Below are positions 1-11,028 of a stretch of DNA of 64,000 nucleotides, piece after piece. Origin of the DNA: Minisyncoccota bacterium (GTDB lineage Bacteria; Patescibacteriota; Minisyncoccia; Phycocordibacterales; UBA918). Under the pieces are notes generated by a model. It made no database searches and was not told the origin of the DNA. It saw nothing but the letters and a program-made list of their open reading frames with translations. The stretch spans positions 2,019 to 66,018 of the forward strand of contig JBBDKG010000010.1 in NCBI GenBank assembly GCA_040879435.1, written 5' to 3'. How positions within the stretch are numbered: position 1 is the first letter of the stretch; every line of letters starts with the position of its first letter. Made by a program: the position numbers and the translations under genes.

Positions 1-3000
1 ACCAAAACGGTTCTGTAGCAGGCGCGCTTAAGGCTGGTGACACCGAGAACAACAAAGGACAGTACTCTGCATTTAACAAAGAAAACCTTCGGAACACGAA
101 CGAAAGCTATGCCCAAAACCCTGGTGCATACAATGAGATGGCTCGAAAGTTTCTTGATGGCGAAATAGCAAAGGAACGAGGGACCGCTGTTGCAGTTCCG
201 CTTCCGCGCGCAACACACTACTATAATCCAGGAGAAGCCACCCCGAACTGGGGACCAAAACTGCAGGAGGTGCGGGAATTTGGTCCTGCTGGCCAAAGTC
301 ACCGTGGAGGTACACTTGCCGGTGAATACGAGACCCGTGGACAGCCGGAAGGACTTGAGAAGCTTGCCCTTGACCGATTCAATAGCGTTATGGGAGCTGA
401 GAGTCGTGGAATGGATCCAGTGCGAGCGGATGAGGAGGGTCAGATGGAGGTTGCGAAACGACTTGCCTTTGGAAACAATGGTGAATTTGCAGGGACTCCG
501 GGTGGTTCAGGTTCTCCGGAACCTTCGCAGCCAGTTACCCAAGTAGACGCAGAGGAGTTTTCAGAAACATTCGATGGTCGTGAATCCCAGCCACAAGAGC
601 TCGGCGGCATACCAACTGACCGCTCACTACCTGAAACACCACCAAACGCCTTCACTTTCCCAGACAATGTTTTTGACTTCGATGAGATACCCGGGTACAT
701 CGGCACTGAAGGCCCACGTGCCCCTGCGGGCTCGTTCCGCCTCGGAGCTACCGGACTCGCAGAAGCAGAGCAGCGAGCAAACCTTACTGAGTCATTCAAA
801 CACGGCGGAAGAATCCGTGACGAAGACCCCGACACCACTGTGAACGGCCTTACTCTCGGACAAGTGGCACAGATAGAGGTAGCGAACTACAATGAGAAGC
901 ACGGTACCCGCCACAACGTCGACGTATACTCTGGAAAAGGACCACATGGATCCGCCCGACATCGTGACCATGATGATACAGCGCGCGGCACCCCTGGGTG
1001 TGGCTGTGCGATCGACTTTTCGATCACTGACGAGAACGGGCGTGCACTGCCTGTTTCTGGCAACGAGGACGTCTATGCGGAAGTCGCACGTGGGCTAGTC
1101 GAGAAGACTGGTGGATCGATCGGACTTGGAGCTGAGTATATGGATCACGGCATTCATTTTGATATGGCAAATATTGCCCATCCGAATAAGGGCGCGTTCG
1201 CCGGGAAAGAATGGGGGAGCCTCGGTAAAGCCTTGGCTAAGGAGTTTGCTGAATTACGTGCAGGCGCGCCAAAAGCGACTGTGGAGTATGACGAAGAGAC
1301 TGGGCGCACCACTATCACACTTCCAACTGAGGACGTGCCGTTCGATCAAGAATCAACACCAGGTATCGCGAGCGGGATCTTTGGTATCGACCCGAATGAA
1401 TCGCGGTTCGTCGATCCGAATGAACTAGACGAATACGTCGAAGAGCAACAGCGTACTGCCGAACCTGCGGAAGGCGAACCGGAAAGCGATACTGAACCAG
1501 GCGACAGCATCAGAGAACGAGCCACAGAACAGGTGCGTGACTTTATCCGGTTTATCTCCGACCTGCTCGGCGGTCGTGGTGATAGATCCCCTTCTCCAAC
1601 CGATGGCGAGAACGCAACCACCACTGATCCGGTAAGTTACGATACTGGTGACCATTGGTTGAGTGCACTGACCCTTACCCCGACCGCACATGCACAAGTC
1701 AGCACACCACCGGAAGAGTCACAGTCGCTTAAAGAGAGCATTGCGGCGTTGTGGCACTGGATCTTTGGATCAGAAGAAGCACCGCGTCGCACCTTCTCCG
1801 ATCTGCCGGGAGCACACCTCCACGCATACTCCCGTCCGTATGTTCCTGTACTGGTACAGATCGATGAAGTGGCCGGTGCAGTGAAGTTCTCCCGCGGTGA
1901 AATAAAGAACGCAACAGATGTTCGTGAACTGCCGGAAGCCCTTGAGATCGCCTTTGAGTCCGGAGACGATTCCTTCTCATTGATACTGAACGAATTCGGG
2001 GATGTTGTGTACTCGAACGGCATGTTCGCGCCAGAGACCGACACTGAAGGAAATCCACTACCAACGGACATGGACTATGTGTACTTTGTAGAATACTGGC
2101 GGGACGGTGAGTTGGTACGTTCGGAGACAAACACCAAAACACTTCCAGGCAACTTCTTCACGCGCATGATCGGTGATCTCTTTAGCAAGGATGACCCATT
2201 CACACTGACTGACGTCGACTCGGTCACCTTCGTGCATGGAGATCCTGACCCAGACGCTCTTACCGATGACTATCGTGAGTATACGATTCGGCTCATGGAC
2301 GGATCTGTTCGCCACGTTTCACTACCGGTCAACTCTTCCCTCTCCTTCTACCTGAAAGAGCTGGACGATATTGGGTACAACGGGGACATTGTGGCTCTAC
2401 TCAATATCGCGACCGAAACTGAAAGAAAAGAAGGGGTTGATGCAAAAGGTTTCCTTGCACGCTCTCTCAGTAAGCTGAACGGCGACTCCGTACAGTCTGA
2501 TGCTCTTCCAGATCAACAGCAAGAGATCTTTAGTGATCTCACCGAAGCACTTAGCAACAACCAAGGTGGATTCATTCCGTCGGGTGTCACAGAGGTGGTG
2601 GTGTACTTCAATGTACCGGTACTATGTGAAGATGAAACAACCACAGGATATGTGTACGAGGTAACACTGTCCGGTTACCAACCAAATGGAGCACTGACCG
2701 AGATTCCGGCAGCTGCTGCACGTTGTGGCAACGGTGGCCCACGTACATACGCCACCGAGATCGCAGCGCACATCACCTCAGCGACAGGACTTGCAGTATC
2801 GGACGAGCAGATATTGGAGTTAATTGAATTCCAATACAACACACCGGAATATGTCTACCTCAACGATGAAGGAGATGCCAGCGCATCGGCACCGGTGATT
2901 CCGAACACCACGAACGAGGTTGTATTTGAGGCGAAGGCCAGCCGGAACGGCGCCACTGTTGTGAACTGGAGCACTGGTGCGATAACGCTAGCAGTGGGCG

Positions 3001-3233
3001 ACCAACTCCATCTCAGGTGGAACGCGGAGAACTACCAGCGCTGCCTGCCGTTCATTGCGGACAATGGTGCATACAGCCTTTCACGGAATGACCTGCGTCT
3101 TGTTTCTGGTAACACAGAAGCTGAAGGGTACGACCTCACTGAGCGTACCGGTACGTACCGTGTGGAGTGTGATGGGCAGTTAAATGGTGAGAATGGAGTG
3201 GATGAACGGAGGATCGAGGTGCGGATTCAGTAG
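1..3233 (+). CDS. large acidic secreted/surface protein, 5'-truncated at window edge; possible LAS/M15-like Zn-peptidase motif
   Basis: Reading frame 3 is open from nt 3 to the stop at 3231-3233 with no in-frame stop upstream of the ATG at 138, so the true N-terminus lies outside the window (more than 1076 aa). The sequence is very D/E-rich. Around aa 250-330 the segment HGSARHRDHDD...GCGCAIDFS...DHGIHFDMA resembles the H/D...HxH zinc-ligand arrangement of LAS/peptidase-M15-type cell-wall hydrolases (inference by eye). Confidence 0.55.
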   Translation, partial: QNGSVAGALKAGDTENNKGQYSAFNKENLRNTNESYAQNPGAYNEMARKFLDGEIAKERGTAVAVPLPRATHYYNPGEATPNWGPKLQEVREFGPAGQSHRGGTLAGEYETRGQPEGLEKLALDRFNSVMGAESRGMDPVRADEEGQMEVAKRLAFGNNGEFAGTPGGSGSPEPSQPVTQVDAEEFSETFDGRESQPQELGGIPTDRSLPETPPNAFTFPDNVFDFDEIPGYIGTEGPRAPAGSFRLGATGLAEAEQRANLTESFKHGGRIRDEDPDTTVNGLTLGQVAQIEVANYNEKHGTRHNVDVYSGKGPHGSARHRDHDDTARGTPGCGCAIDFSITDENGRALPVSGNEDVYAEVARGLVEKTGGSIGLGAEYMDHGIHFDMANIAHPNKGAFAGKEWGSLGKALAKEFAELRAGAPKATVEYDEETGRTTITLPTEDVPFDQESTPGIASGIFGIDPNESRFVDPNELDEYVEEQQRTAEPAEGEPESDTEPGDSIRERATEQVRDFIRFISDLLGGRGDRSPSPTDGENATTTDPVSYDTGDHWLSALTLTPTAHAQVSTPPEESQSLKESIAALWHWIFGSEEAPRRTFSDLPGAHLHAYSRPYVPVLVQIDEVAGAVKFSRGEIKNATDVRELPEALEIAFESGDDSFSLILNEFGDVVYSNGMFAPETDTEGNPLPTDMDYVYFVEYWRDGELVRSETNTKTLPGNFFTRMIGDLFSKDDPFTLTDVDSVTFVHGDPDPDALTDDYREYTIRLMDGSVRHVSLPVNSSLSFYLKELDDIGYNGDIVALLNIATETERKEGVDAKGFLARSLSKLNGDSVQSDALPDQQQEIFSDLTEALSNNQGGFIPSGVTEVVVYFNVPVLCEDETTTGYVYEVTLSGYQPNGALTEIPAAAARCGNGGPRTYATEIAAHITSATGLAVSDEQILELIEFQYNTPEYVYLNDEGDASASAPVIPNTTNEVVFEAKASRNGATVVNWSTGAITLAVGDQLHLRWNAENYQRCLPFIADNGAYSLSRNDLRLVSGNTEAEGYDLTERTGTYRVECDGQLNGENGVDERRIEVRIQ

Positions 3234-3242
3234 TGATCTAAT

Positions 3243-3272
3243 AAAAAGACACCCACACCGGGTGTCTTTTTA
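3243..3272. terminator. bidirectional intrinsic terminator between the convergent large protein gene and clpB
   Basis: aaaaa-AGACACCC-acacc-GGGTGTCT-ttttt: perfect 8-bp stem with an A-run on one side and a T-run on the other. Confidence 0.7.
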
Positions 3273-3286
3273 TGTGTTTCCTTCCG

Positions 3287-5986
3287 CTAGGCTTTCACGG
3301 TTTGGCGGCGCGGCGTGCTTGATGTCTTGGCAGCTTTGGTTCGTGACCGCTTCTTCTTCACGTCGAAGGTCAGCTGGTCATCCTTAAGGCCGACCACGAC
3401 CGTTCCTCCCTGAAGCATCCCCTCTCCTACCATCATATTCGCAACCGGTGTGAGGATCTTCGACTGGATCACCCGCTTCAATGGCCGGGCACCAAACTTC
3501 GGATCGTACCCTTCCTTGGCAAGAAAATCGAGTGCTTCAGGAGCAACAGTAAGAGCGATCTCTTTGTTTGCAAGCCGCTTGGTCACCTCAGCAACCTGCA
3601 TTGAAACGATCTGACGGATAGTCTCACGCGAAAGGATGTCAAAGACGATGACCTCATCGAGCCGGTTGAGGAATTCTGGACGGAAGTACGTCTTGAGACT
3701 CTCCATCACCTTACCCTTTGCCTGGTCATACTGTGCCTGATCATCGCGTACCGCACTGAACCCGAAATTCGACATACGATCGATATGTTCGGCGCCGATA
3801 TTCGAGGTCATCACAATGATCGTGTTCTTGAAGTTCACTTTGCGACCCTTCGCATCGGTCAGATGGCCAGAGTCAAGTACCTGGAGGAGGATGTTGAATA
3901 CCTCCGGATGTGCCTTCTCGATCTCGTCGAGGAGGATCACCGCATACGGACGGTGACGCACGCGTTCGGTGATCGAACCTCCCTCTTCGTGTCCAACATA
4001 GCCTGGCGGCGAACCGATGATCTTTGAGACCGAATGCTTCTCCATGTATTCGGACATATCGATCCGCAACAGCGCATCGGGGTCATCGAACATGAATTCG
4101 GCCAATGCGCGCGAAAGCTCTGTCTTGCCGACACCGGTCGGACCAAGAAAAAGGAACGAGCCAATTGGTCGGTTCGGGTCAGCAATACCTGCGCGTGAAC
4201 GCTTCACCGCGTCTGCCACCAGTTTCACTGCATGATTCTGCCCCACAACCTTCGTTTGCAACTCCTCTTCCATGCGCGAGAGTTTCATTGCCTCAGCCTC
4301 GAGCATACGGGAGACCGGAATGCCGGTCCACCGGGACACCACCGCAGCGATCTCCTCCTCGGTGATCTCCTCTTTCAAGAGCCGACGACTTCGTTGAAGT
4401 TTCTTCAGGCGTGTCATCTTCGTATCAAGTTCACGCTGCGTTGCAGGAATAGCATCGTAGCGGATCTCCGCGGCGCGTGTGAGGTCAGCAATAGCCTCTG
4501 CCGACTCTGCCTCAAGACGCAGCTTCTCAAGCTCCTTCTTCAAGCGGCCGATCTCGGTCAGCGCTTCTTTCTCATTGTTCCACTTGGTTTCAAGTGCCGA
4601 GGTCTTCTCTTTCAGTTCGCCGACCTCTGCATCGATCTCCTTGAGGCGTGTCTTTAGTTTTCGTTTGTCCTTTGCTGTTTCCTCCTCCTTCTTCAATGCC
4701 TCCTTCTCGATCTCGAGACGACGCACCTGTCGGTCGGCAGCAACCAACTCTTCCGGCTTGTTCTCAAGAGAGATGCGGAGCGCTGATGCAGCTTCATCGA
4801 TCAGATCGACCGCTTTGTCCGGCAGGAACCGCTCAGTGATGTATCGACTCGAAAGATTTACCGCCGCAACGATAGCGTCATCAGTGATGCGCACGCCATG
4901 AAAGAGCTCATACTTCTCAGCGATGCCGCGCAGGATGGCAATTGCATCCTCCTGTGATGGTTCATTCACAAAGACCGGTTGGAAGCGGCGGGTGAGGGCA
5001 GGATCACGTTCGATATGTTTTTGGTATTCCTTGAGCGTTGTGGCGCCAATGACGCGCATCTCGCCGCGCGCGAGAGCTGGTTTTAGCATATTCGATGCGT
5101 CCATGGAGCCTTCTGCTGCGCCAGCCCCCACAATAGTGTGCAGCTCATCGATGAAGAGGATCACTCCCCCTTCTGACTGCTCCACTTCTTTCATGACTGC
5201 CTTCAGGCGCTCTTCGAATTCACCACGGAATTTTGTACCCGCGACCAAGAGTCCCAGGTCGAGTGAAAGGATTTCCTTCTCTTTTATTGATTCCGGTACC
5301 TGCCCCTGTGCAATCTGCTGAGCGAGTCCTTCGGCGATCGCGGTCTTTCCCACTCCCGCCTCACCGATCAGTACCGGGTTGTTCTTTGTGCGTCGTGAGA
5401 GGATCTGAATGACTCGCTGCACCTCCATGTCCCGGCCGATGACCGGATCGAGCTTCTTGTCCTGTGCAAGCTTAGTGAGATTGCGGGTGTATTTGGTGAG
5501 TGCACGATATTTCTTCGGCTGCTGTGCATCAGACACGCTGTGTTCGCGTATCTCATGGATCGCGTTCGCGACCTGTGCCTTATCTATCTGCATGCGCTGC
5601 AGCACTTCGACTCCAGGACCAGGGTGTTCGAGCGCCGCCAAGAAGAGGTGCTCCACACCAACGTATGAATCGCCGAGCTGTTCTGCGACACGAGCCGAGT
5701 GCTCGAGTGCCTTTGCGAGTTCTGGTGTGAGGTAGAGTTGATACGACTGGGAGATGGTAGAGGTTACCTCCGGTCCTTCAAGTGCTTCGATCAAAAGGTC
5801 AGTGAACGCGATGATGTCGATATCGAGTCTATCGAGCATTGAGATCACTGTGCTCTCATCCTGCATTACAAGCGCGCACAGCAAATGCACCGGGCTGACG
5901 TGATTCTGCCCGCGTTCAATGGCAAGCTCATGAGCCTTTCGGATGGCCTCCTTCGCTCGAGATGTGAAATTGTGAAAATCCGGCAT
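3287..5986 (-). CDS. clpB: ATP-dependent chaperone/disaggregase ClpB
   Basis: 899 aa. N-terminal Clp_N repeats, two AAA+ modules (GEAGVGKT and GPTGVGKT Walker A motifs), and a long coiled-coil middle domain between NBD1 and NBD2 typical of ClpB rather than ClpA/C. Lys-rich C-terminal tail. Confidence 0.95.
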   Translation of the reverse strand: MPDFHNFTSRAKEAIRKAHELAIERGQNHVSPVHLLCALVMQDESTVISMLDRLDIDIIAFTDLLIEALEGPEVTSTISQSYQLYLTPELAKALEHSARVAEQLGDSYVGVEHLFLAALEHPGPGVEVLQRMQIDKAQVANAIHEIREHSVSDAQQPKKYRALTKYTRNLTKLAQDKKLDPVIGRDMEVQRVIQILSRRTKNNPVLIGEAGVGKTAIAEGLAQQIAQGQVPESIKEKEILSLDLGLLVAGTKFRGEFEERLKAVMKEVEQSEGGVILFIDELHTIVGAGAAEGSMDASNMLKPALARGEMRVIGATTLKEYQKHIERDPALTRRFQPVFVNEPSQEDAIAILRGIAEKYELFHGVRITDDAIVAAVNLSSRYITERFLPDKAVDLIDEAASALRISLENKPEELVAADRQVRRLEIEKEALKKEEETAKDKRKLKTRLKEIDAEVGELKEKTSALETKWNNEKEALTEIGRLKKELEKLRLEAESAEAIADLTRAAEIRYDAIPATQRELDTKMTRLKKLQRSRRLLKEEITEEEIAAVVSRWTGIPVSRMLEAEAMKLSRMEEELQTKVVGQNHAVKLVADAVKRSRAGIADPNRPIGSFLFLGPTGVGKTELSRALAEFMFDDPDALLRIDMSEYMEKHSVSKIIGSPPGYVGHEEGGSITERVRHRPYAVILLDEIEKAHPEVFNILLQVLDSGHLTDAKGRKVNFKNTIIVMTSNIGAEHIDRMSNFGFSAVRDDQAQYDQAKGKVMESLKTYFRPEFLNRLDEVIVFDILSRETIRQIVSMQVAEVTKRLANKEIALTVAPEALDFLAKEGYDPKFGARPLKRVIQSKILTPVANMMVGEGMLQGGTVVVGLKDDQLTFDVKKKRSRTKAAKTSSTPRRQTVKA

Positions 5987-6128
5987 AATTCAAAGATAAA
6001 TCCAACGAATAAAACGTGTGTTGTCTGTCGGTCATTCACCCGTTACTGTCGCAACTGAAGCTCTCACTCTACACGGTTTCGTACCTCTATACTGCAACCT
6101 GAACTCTAAAGTGTCAATGAATATACGC

Positions 6129-6156
6129 AAAAAGGCCCAGACATGGTGTCTGGGCC
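6129..6156 (-). terminator. intrinsic terminator downstream of the 6167..6697 gene
   Basis: GGCCCAGACA-tgg-TGTCTGGGCC, a 10-bp stem. On the minus strand it is followed by TTTTT. Confidence 0.65.
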
Positions 6157-6166
6157 TTCGTATTCG

Positions 6167-6697
6167 CTACTGCCTCACGCCTACGTTCGTGAGCGGCACG
6201 AACGGCACGCTCATCTCGTAGTACTCGAAACTCGTCAGGCCGACCTTCTCATACTGGATATTCCCCTGTTGGGTGAATATCCAGTCGCCCGTGGGCGACA
6301 GGACGACGAGGTGAATGATGATCTCACCCCACTCCACATCCTCGCCGATTACGGTGACGATGCAGTCCTCGGGAATGTTGTATTCCCGAAGCTCCTGATA
6401 TCGGGCGCCGATAGTTTGGTGTGCCACTCGGCCAACTGCCGAGCGGTAATGCTCGACAAGCTGTCCGGCAGAACCGCACACTTCGAGGCGGTGGGCCATG
6501 AACTCCTTCTCGATATCGTACGGAAAGTCTCCGTACGAAACAAGATCAAGTGGTGTCAGGAACGGGGTGGACACACGCTGTTCGAACAGCGCGCGGCTGA
6601 GTTCAACACTTCCGCGATCGGTGACGATCGTTCCGGCCGAAGCCGACGTGACAAGGAACGTTACGACCGCGAGCGCGGTCAGAATTGAGCGGAACAT
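6167..6697 (-). CDS. secreted hypothetical protein (signal peptide); possible papain-fold C..H..D arrangement
   Basis: N-terminal MFRSILTALAVVTFLVTSASA signal peptide. Conserved-looking Cys (EVCGSAG), His (IIIHLVV) and Asp in papain-like order. No confident family assignment. Confidence 0.55.
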   Translation of the reverse strand: MFRSILTALAVVTFLVTSASAGTIVTDRGSVELSRALFEQRVSTPFLTPLDLVSYGDFPYDIEKEFMAHRLEVCGSAGQLVEHYRSAVGRVAHQTIGARYQELREYNIPEDCIVTVIGEDVEWGEIIIHLVVLSPTGDWIFTQQGNIQYEKVGLTSFEYYEMSVPFVPLTNVGVRQ

Positions 6698-6783
6698 GAC
6701 ATTCTCCTCTGTCCGCGTGTCTGTTTACTCTTTTTATTCTATCACAAAATACCGCCGCTGTCAAAGTAGCAGTGGTTCTTTTG

Positions 6784-7995
6784 CTATTTTATGCCTCTAT
6801 ATATGAGCATTTTGTGAATATGTGCAGCAAGTATTTCTCGCACACGATCCATATCCTTCCTCGTTGTCTCTTCCCCGAGGGTGAGGCGTAACGTTGCTGA
6901 GGCACGCGCACTATCCTTCGTCATTTCAAATACAACAGTGGACATACCCCCACCTGCCCCACTACATGCGCTTTTGGTCGATGCTGCAATGCCGTTCGCG
7001 TCAAGTACCACGGTTGCATACTCCGTATCAAGTCCGGGAATCGAGATGTTGATGTTGTTTGGAAGGCGTTGCTCTACTGATCCGTTCAGCACTACTCCCT
7101 CGATGCCCGTGAGTACTTCAATGCCATAATCGCGTACTGTACGTACCTGTTGGCTTCGTGCTTCACTCCCGTTCTGCGCAATCGCCAGTGCGGCGGCCGC
7201 ACCAACGACACCCGGCACATTTTCGGTACCTGGGCGTAGTCCCTGCTCTTGTGATCCGCCGAATGTGACAGGTGCGAGCGTTGTGTGGCCGCGGTGTACC
7301 AATACACCCACACCCTTCGGTCCACAGAATTTGCCGGCGTCGAGCGTCATCATATCCACTCGCAGACGTTCAAGTCCGCACGGGAGCCACAATGGTACCT
7401 GACTCGCATCAGTGTGAACGAGAACCTCTGTTCCGTGCTCACGTGCATATTCCTGAATGATACGCGTAAGTTTCGCAAGGTCCTGCACCACACCGGTCTC
7501 GCTGTTCGCGTATGCAAATGTGGCGAGGCGGGTTGTTGGTGTGAGGTGTGCCTTCAGTGTCTGTGGATTGATGCGTCCGTCCTCTTCGAGCGGAACGTAC
7601 GTAACAGTGCACCCGCGTGATTCAAGTTCAGCAAGCGTTTGCAGCACAGACGGGTGTTCCGCTTTATTTGAAATGATCCCGATATCACTGTACTTCATCC
7701 CCCCGCGGTGACATGAGCGAACGAACCCATGAAGCGCAAGGTTATTGCTCTCAGTCCCTCCACTTGTGAAGGTTGTATCACTCGGCCGAACACCGAGCGT
7801 TCGTGCAACAGAAGTGCGAGCCCCCTCAACAGCCGTTCGCGCGCGAACGCCTTCCTTATGGATCGAACTGGGGTTTGCGAACGATTCATTGAAGTACGGT
7901 CGCATCGCCCTGTACACCTCAGGCCGCACCGGCGTCGCCGCAGCGTGGTCAAGATAGATTCGTTTCGGTTTTAGAAGCCAATGCAGTATATTCAT
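6784..7995 (-). CDS. cysteine desulfurase, class V aminotransferase (IscS/NifS-like)
   Basis: 403 aa. DHAAATP start region, SGHKF-type PLP-lysine region (DAGKFCGPKGVGVL), and class-V aminotransferase architecture typical of NifS/IscS. Confidence 0.85.
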   Translation of the reverse strand: MNILHWLLKPKRIYLDHAAATPVRPEVYRAMRPYFNESFANPSSIHKEGVRARTAVEGARTSVARTLGVRPSDTTFTSGGTESNNLALHGFVRSCHRGGMKYSDIGIISNKAEHPSVLQTLAELESRGCTVTYVPLEEDGRINPQTLKAHLTPTTRLATFAYANSETGVVQDLAKLTRIIQEYAREHGTEVLVHTDASQVPLWLPCGLERLRVDMMTLDAGKFCGPKGVGVLVHRGHTTLAPVTFGGSQEQGLRPGTENVPGVVGAAAALAIAQNGSEARSQQVRTVRDYGIEVLTGIEGVVLNGSVEQRLPNNINISIPGLDTEYATVVLDANGIAASTKSACSGAGGGMSTVVFEMTKDSARASATLRLTLGEETTRKDMDRVREILAAHIHKMLIYRGIK

Positions 7996-8090
7996 ACGTT
8001 GGTATAGAGTATCAGATACTACGTTTCACTCCGAGTCAATATGTGGTAGAGTTGCAAACGTTACGCGCACCCCGTGCGCTACTATTCTAA

Positions 8091-9596
8091 ATGGGTATGG
8101 CAAAGAAAGCAGCAACACAACAAAATATCGTAAAGCGGCCACCGATCATTGTGGTCATGGGACATATCGACCATGGGAAGTCGACCCTGCTCGACCACAT
8201 TCGCAAAACGAACGTGGTTGAGGGTGAGGCTGGTGGCATCACTCAGCACCTATCGGCATACGTGGTCGAACATACGACCAAGGACGGTGCGCACGAGAAA
8301 CTCACCTTCCTTGATACACCAGGACATGAGGCATTCCAGAAGATGCGCCTGCGCGGCGCCGGCGTTGCCGATGTTGCCATTCTTGTTGTGTCTGCTGAGG
8401 ACGGCGTGAAGCCACAGACACTCGAGGCGCTTGAGAGCATCAAGCAGGCCGGCATTCCATACGTGGTCGCTATCAACAAGATCGATAAACCGGGTGCGGA
8501 CATCCCGCGCACACAGGCAAGCCTCGTCGAGAACGAGATCTATATCGAAGGCATGGGCGGAGACATCTCATGGGCCGCCATTTCCGCAAAATCAGGAGAA
8601 GGGATCAGCGACCTTTTGGACGTTGTGGTGCTGACCGCAGACCTTGCTGAATTAAAGGGAGATACAGCTGCTCCTGCAGAAGGCACTGTCATCGAGTCAC
8701 GTGTTGACGCAAAGCGCGGTAACACTGCGACCCTCCTCATCAAGGATGGTACCCTCAAAAGCGGCAGCGTCGTTGTCTCCGGTACCACGTACGCCCCGGT
8801 ACGTATCATGGAGGACTTCACCGGCAAGCCGATACGTGAGGCTGGTCCTTCAACGCCGGTCGCGATCGTTGGTTTCTCGGATGTACCAAGCGTCGGAGCA
8901 CTTTTCTATACAGTTGCAAACAAGAAAGCTGCGGAACAGGCAGTCACCGAGGCCGCGACAGGTGAACAAAAGGAATCCTTTCAAAAGACCGACCTACCGG
9001 TCGTACCGGTCCTTATCAAGGCCGACGTACAGGGTACGATCGATGCGATACGTCACGAGCTTGCAAAGTTCACCTCGGACAGAATTGCTGTGCGCATCAT
9101 CGACACAGGCGTCGGTGCGGTAGGTGTCGCTGACGTACAAAGCGTAAGTGCGACCGAGAACGCCATCATCGTCGGTTTCAATGTGAAGGTTGAACGACCG
9201 GCACAGGACCTTGCAGAGCGGCTTGAGGTCGAAGTGAAGACATTCAATATTATCTACGAACTTGCAGAGTGGCTTGAAACAGCGCTCAAGGACCGCACGC
9301 CACAGCGCGAAGAGGAAGTGGTGACCGGGAAAGTGAAGGTACTGAAGGAGTTCAGTGTGCAGAAGCATGTGCACGTACTCGGCGGACGACTTGATGAGGG
9401 TACCATCGGTGTCGGGCAGCGTGTGCGTATCCTTCGTCGGGATGTGAAGATCGGGACCGGTGTGATAAAGAACCTGCAGCAGCAGAAATCAGACGTGCAG
9501 AAGATCACTGAGGGTGAGTTCGGTATGCAGGTCGAGACACGTGCCGAGGTCTCTGCAGGTGACTACTTAGAAGCCTACGACCTCGTTGTTACGTAA
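8091..9596 (+). CDS. infB: translation initiation factor IF-2 (short form)
   Basis: [10 protein letters not shown]-loop, DTPGHEAF and NKIDK G-domain motifs, followed by beta-barrel domains. 501 aa with no long N-terminal extension. Confidence 0.9.
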   Translation: MGMAKKAATQQNIVKRPPIIVVMGHIDHGKSTLLDHIRKTNVVEGEAGGITQHLSAYVVEHTTKDGAHEKLTFLDTPGHEAFQKMRLRGAGVADVAILVVSAEDGVKPQTLEALESIKQAGIPYVVAINKIDKPGADIPRTQASLVENEIYIEGMGGDISWAAISAKSGEGISDLLDVVVLTADLAELKGDTAAPAEGTVIESRVDAKRGNTATLLIKDGTLKSGSVVVSGTTYAPVRIMEDFTGKPIREAGPSTPVAIVGFSDVPSVGALFYTVANKKAAEQAVTEAATGEQKESFQKTDLPVVPVLIKADVQGTIDAIRHELAKFTSDRIAVRIIDTGVGAVGVADVQSVSATENAIIVGFNVKVERPAQDLAERLEVEVKTFNIIYELAEWLETALKDRTPQREEEVVTGKVKVLKEFSVQKHVHVLGGRLDEGTIGVGQRVRILRRDVKIGTGVIKNLQQQKSDVQKITEGEFGMQVETRAEVSAGDYLEAYDLVVT

Positions 9597-9921
9597 AGGT
9601 ATGGACCGACACGACCGCGTCACATCACTTATCCACGAACTGGCGGCGACATTCATCCGGAATGAAGCCAATCACGATCCGCTGATCACCATCACCCGTG
9701 TCACGACCGCGTCTGACTACAAGCGTGTGACAATATTTTTCACAACCATCCCTGACTCGAAAGAAGAGGACGCACTTATCTTTCTTAAACGATACGGTTC
9801 AGAATTGCGTCGGTACATAAAGCAGAAGAGCAACCTAAAGATCATTCCCCATCTTGATTTCGCGATCGACTACGGTGAGCGCCACCGACAGCATATTGAT
9901 GAGATCGCACGCGACCTCTAG
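9586..9921 (+). CDS. rbfA: ribosome-binding factor A
   Basis: About 110 aa, immediately downstream of infB (the conserved infB-rbfA order). KH-like RbfA pattern (R...LIHELAATFIR...ITITRVTTASDYKRVTIFF). The start may be the internal ATG at 9601. Confidence 0.7.
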   Translation: MLRKGMDRHDRVTSLIHELAATFIRNEANHDPLITITRVTTASDYKRVTIFFTTIPDSKEEDALIFLKRYGSELRRYIKQKSNLKIIPHLDFAIDYGERHRQHIDEIARDL

Positions 9922-9928
9922 TAATCGG

Positions 9929-10001
9929 AGTCCTGGGCGGGAGTCGAACCCGCGAATGTCGGTTTTGCAAACCGAAGCGTTAACCACTTCGCCACCAGGA
10001 C
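9929..10001 (-). tRNA. tRNA-Cys (GCA)
   Basis: Reverse complement folds as a cloverleaf: acceptor GTCCTGG/CCAGGAC, anticodon stem-loop TCGGT-TTGCAAA-ACCGA with anticodon GCA, T-loop GGTTCGACTCC. Confidence 0.85.
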
Positions 10002-10072
10002 AATTGCATCAAATACTCTACCACTCATACACAGCAACACCAAACAGCCGTTTCGTGATATTATCAGCCGAA

Positions 10073-10159
10073 TGCCGAGGTGGTGGAGTTGGTAGACACG
10101 AGGGACTTAAACTCCCTTGCCACTTATACTGGCGCGCGGGTTCGAATCCCGCCCTCGGC
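10073..10159 (+). tRNA. tRNA-Leu (TAA), class II with long variable arm
   Basis: Acceptor GCCGAGG/CCTCGGC. Anticodon arm AGGGA-CTTAAAC-TCCCT with anticodon TAA. Long variable arm GCCACTTATACTGGC. T-loop GGTTCGAATCC. Confidence 0.85.
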
Positions 10160-10213
10160 ACAAGCAGTCTTGTTTTCACATCCGCAATACGGTACACTCG
10201 TGTTTGCACATTT

Positions 10214-10286
10214 CCGCCCATAGCTCAGCTGGTAGAGCAGACGCCTCTTAAGCGTAAGGTCCTTGGTTCGAGCCCAAGTGGGCGGA
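10214..10286 (+). tRNA. tRNA-Lys (CTT)
   Basis: Acceptor CCGCCCA/TGGGCGG. D-arm GCTC-AGCTGGTAGA-GAGC. Anticodon loop CTCTTAA with anticodon CTT. T-arm CTTGG-TTCGAGC-CCAAG. Confidence 0.8.
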
Positions 10287-10377
10287 CATTAATTCAAACT
10301 GCACATTGATCGATATGGTATCAGTGTCCACACTCCAAATGATTGGTAATCGCTATGTGTCTTAGAATGAAGACAAT

Positions 10378-11025
10378 ATGGCGAACAGGAAGAAGTACGT
10401 GGACACTAACTGGAGCGGTCCACTTGCCTACGTAATTGGACTTATTGCTGCTGACGGAAACCTGTCTCCTGACGGCAGACACATCTCCTTTACTTCCAAA
10501 GATAGTGCCCTAGCAAAAACCTTCAAAAGAATTTTGTGTTTGGATAACACGATCGGGATAAAGGCACGAGGAGGCAGTACACATAAAAAGTATCATGTTG
10601 TGCAGTTCGGCTCGGTAGATTTTTACACCTTTCTCCTTTCTATAGGACTTACACCAGCAAAATCAAAGACGATCGGCGAGCTTTTGATTCCTTCGCAGTA
10701 CTTTCCGGACTTTTTGCGTGGGTGTATTGACGGAGATGGAAGCATAAGTACTTTCTCACATCCTGAGAGCAAGTACTCTCAGCTTCGAGTGCGACTTGCT
10801 TCAGCAAGTCCAAAATTCCTCAAGTGGGTACACGTAGAAATCTCCCGTTGTATGAGGACGAATGGTGGATGGGTATACACGGACAGCAAGAAGTCAGTTG
10901 CAACTCTTACCTATGCTACAGCTGATTCTGTTAAAATACTCACAGCGATTTACCGATCTTCTACATGTGACTGTTTGCATAGAAAGAAGAAAACTGCTAC
11001 AAAGTATCTCGCTGCTTTGAAATGA
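10378..11025 (+). CDS. LAGLIDADG-family homing endonuclease (double-motif, single-chain type), free-standing between tRNA genes
   Basis: 215 aa with two LAGLIDADG motifs (GLIAADGNL near the N-terminus and GCIDGDGSIS mid-protein). GC content is about 45%, clearly below the flanking DNA. The stop at 11023-11025 is 3 nt before tRNA-Leu. Confidence 0.85.
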   Translation: MANRKKYVDTNWSGPLAYVIGLIAADGNLSPDGRHISFTSKDSALAKTFKRILCLDNTIGIKARGGSTHKKYHVVQFGSVDFYTFLLSIGLTPAKSKTIGELLIPSQYFPDFLRGCIDGDGSISTFSHPESKYSQLRVRLASASPKFLKWVHVEISRCMRTNGGWVYTDSKKSVATLTYATADSVKILTAIYRSSTCDCLHRKKKTATKYLAALK

Positions 11026-11028
11026 AAT

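Noticed and set aside
4017-5735. Several 70-140-aa ORFs on the + strand inside the clpB locus (e.g. 4232..4657, 4479..4901, 4923..5321, 5409..5735)
   Set aside because: They are antisense to a confidently identified, continuous 899-aa clpB reading frame. They are Ser/Arg/Ala-rich as expected from GC-rich antisense frames, with no start context or motifs.
9854-10309. 151-aa ORF on the + strand spanning the tRNA-Cys/Leu/Lys cluster
   Set aside because: It overlaps three well-formed tRNA genes and its translation is low-complexity. It is an artefact of an open frame across structural RNA genes.
10287-11028. Group I intron hosting the LAGLIDADG ORF
   Set aside because: Both flanking tRNAs are complete and fold without the intervening DNA, so the ORF is not inside a tRNA intron. 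I could not see P-Q-R-S core elements by eye, but this needs a covariance-model search before it is fully excluded.
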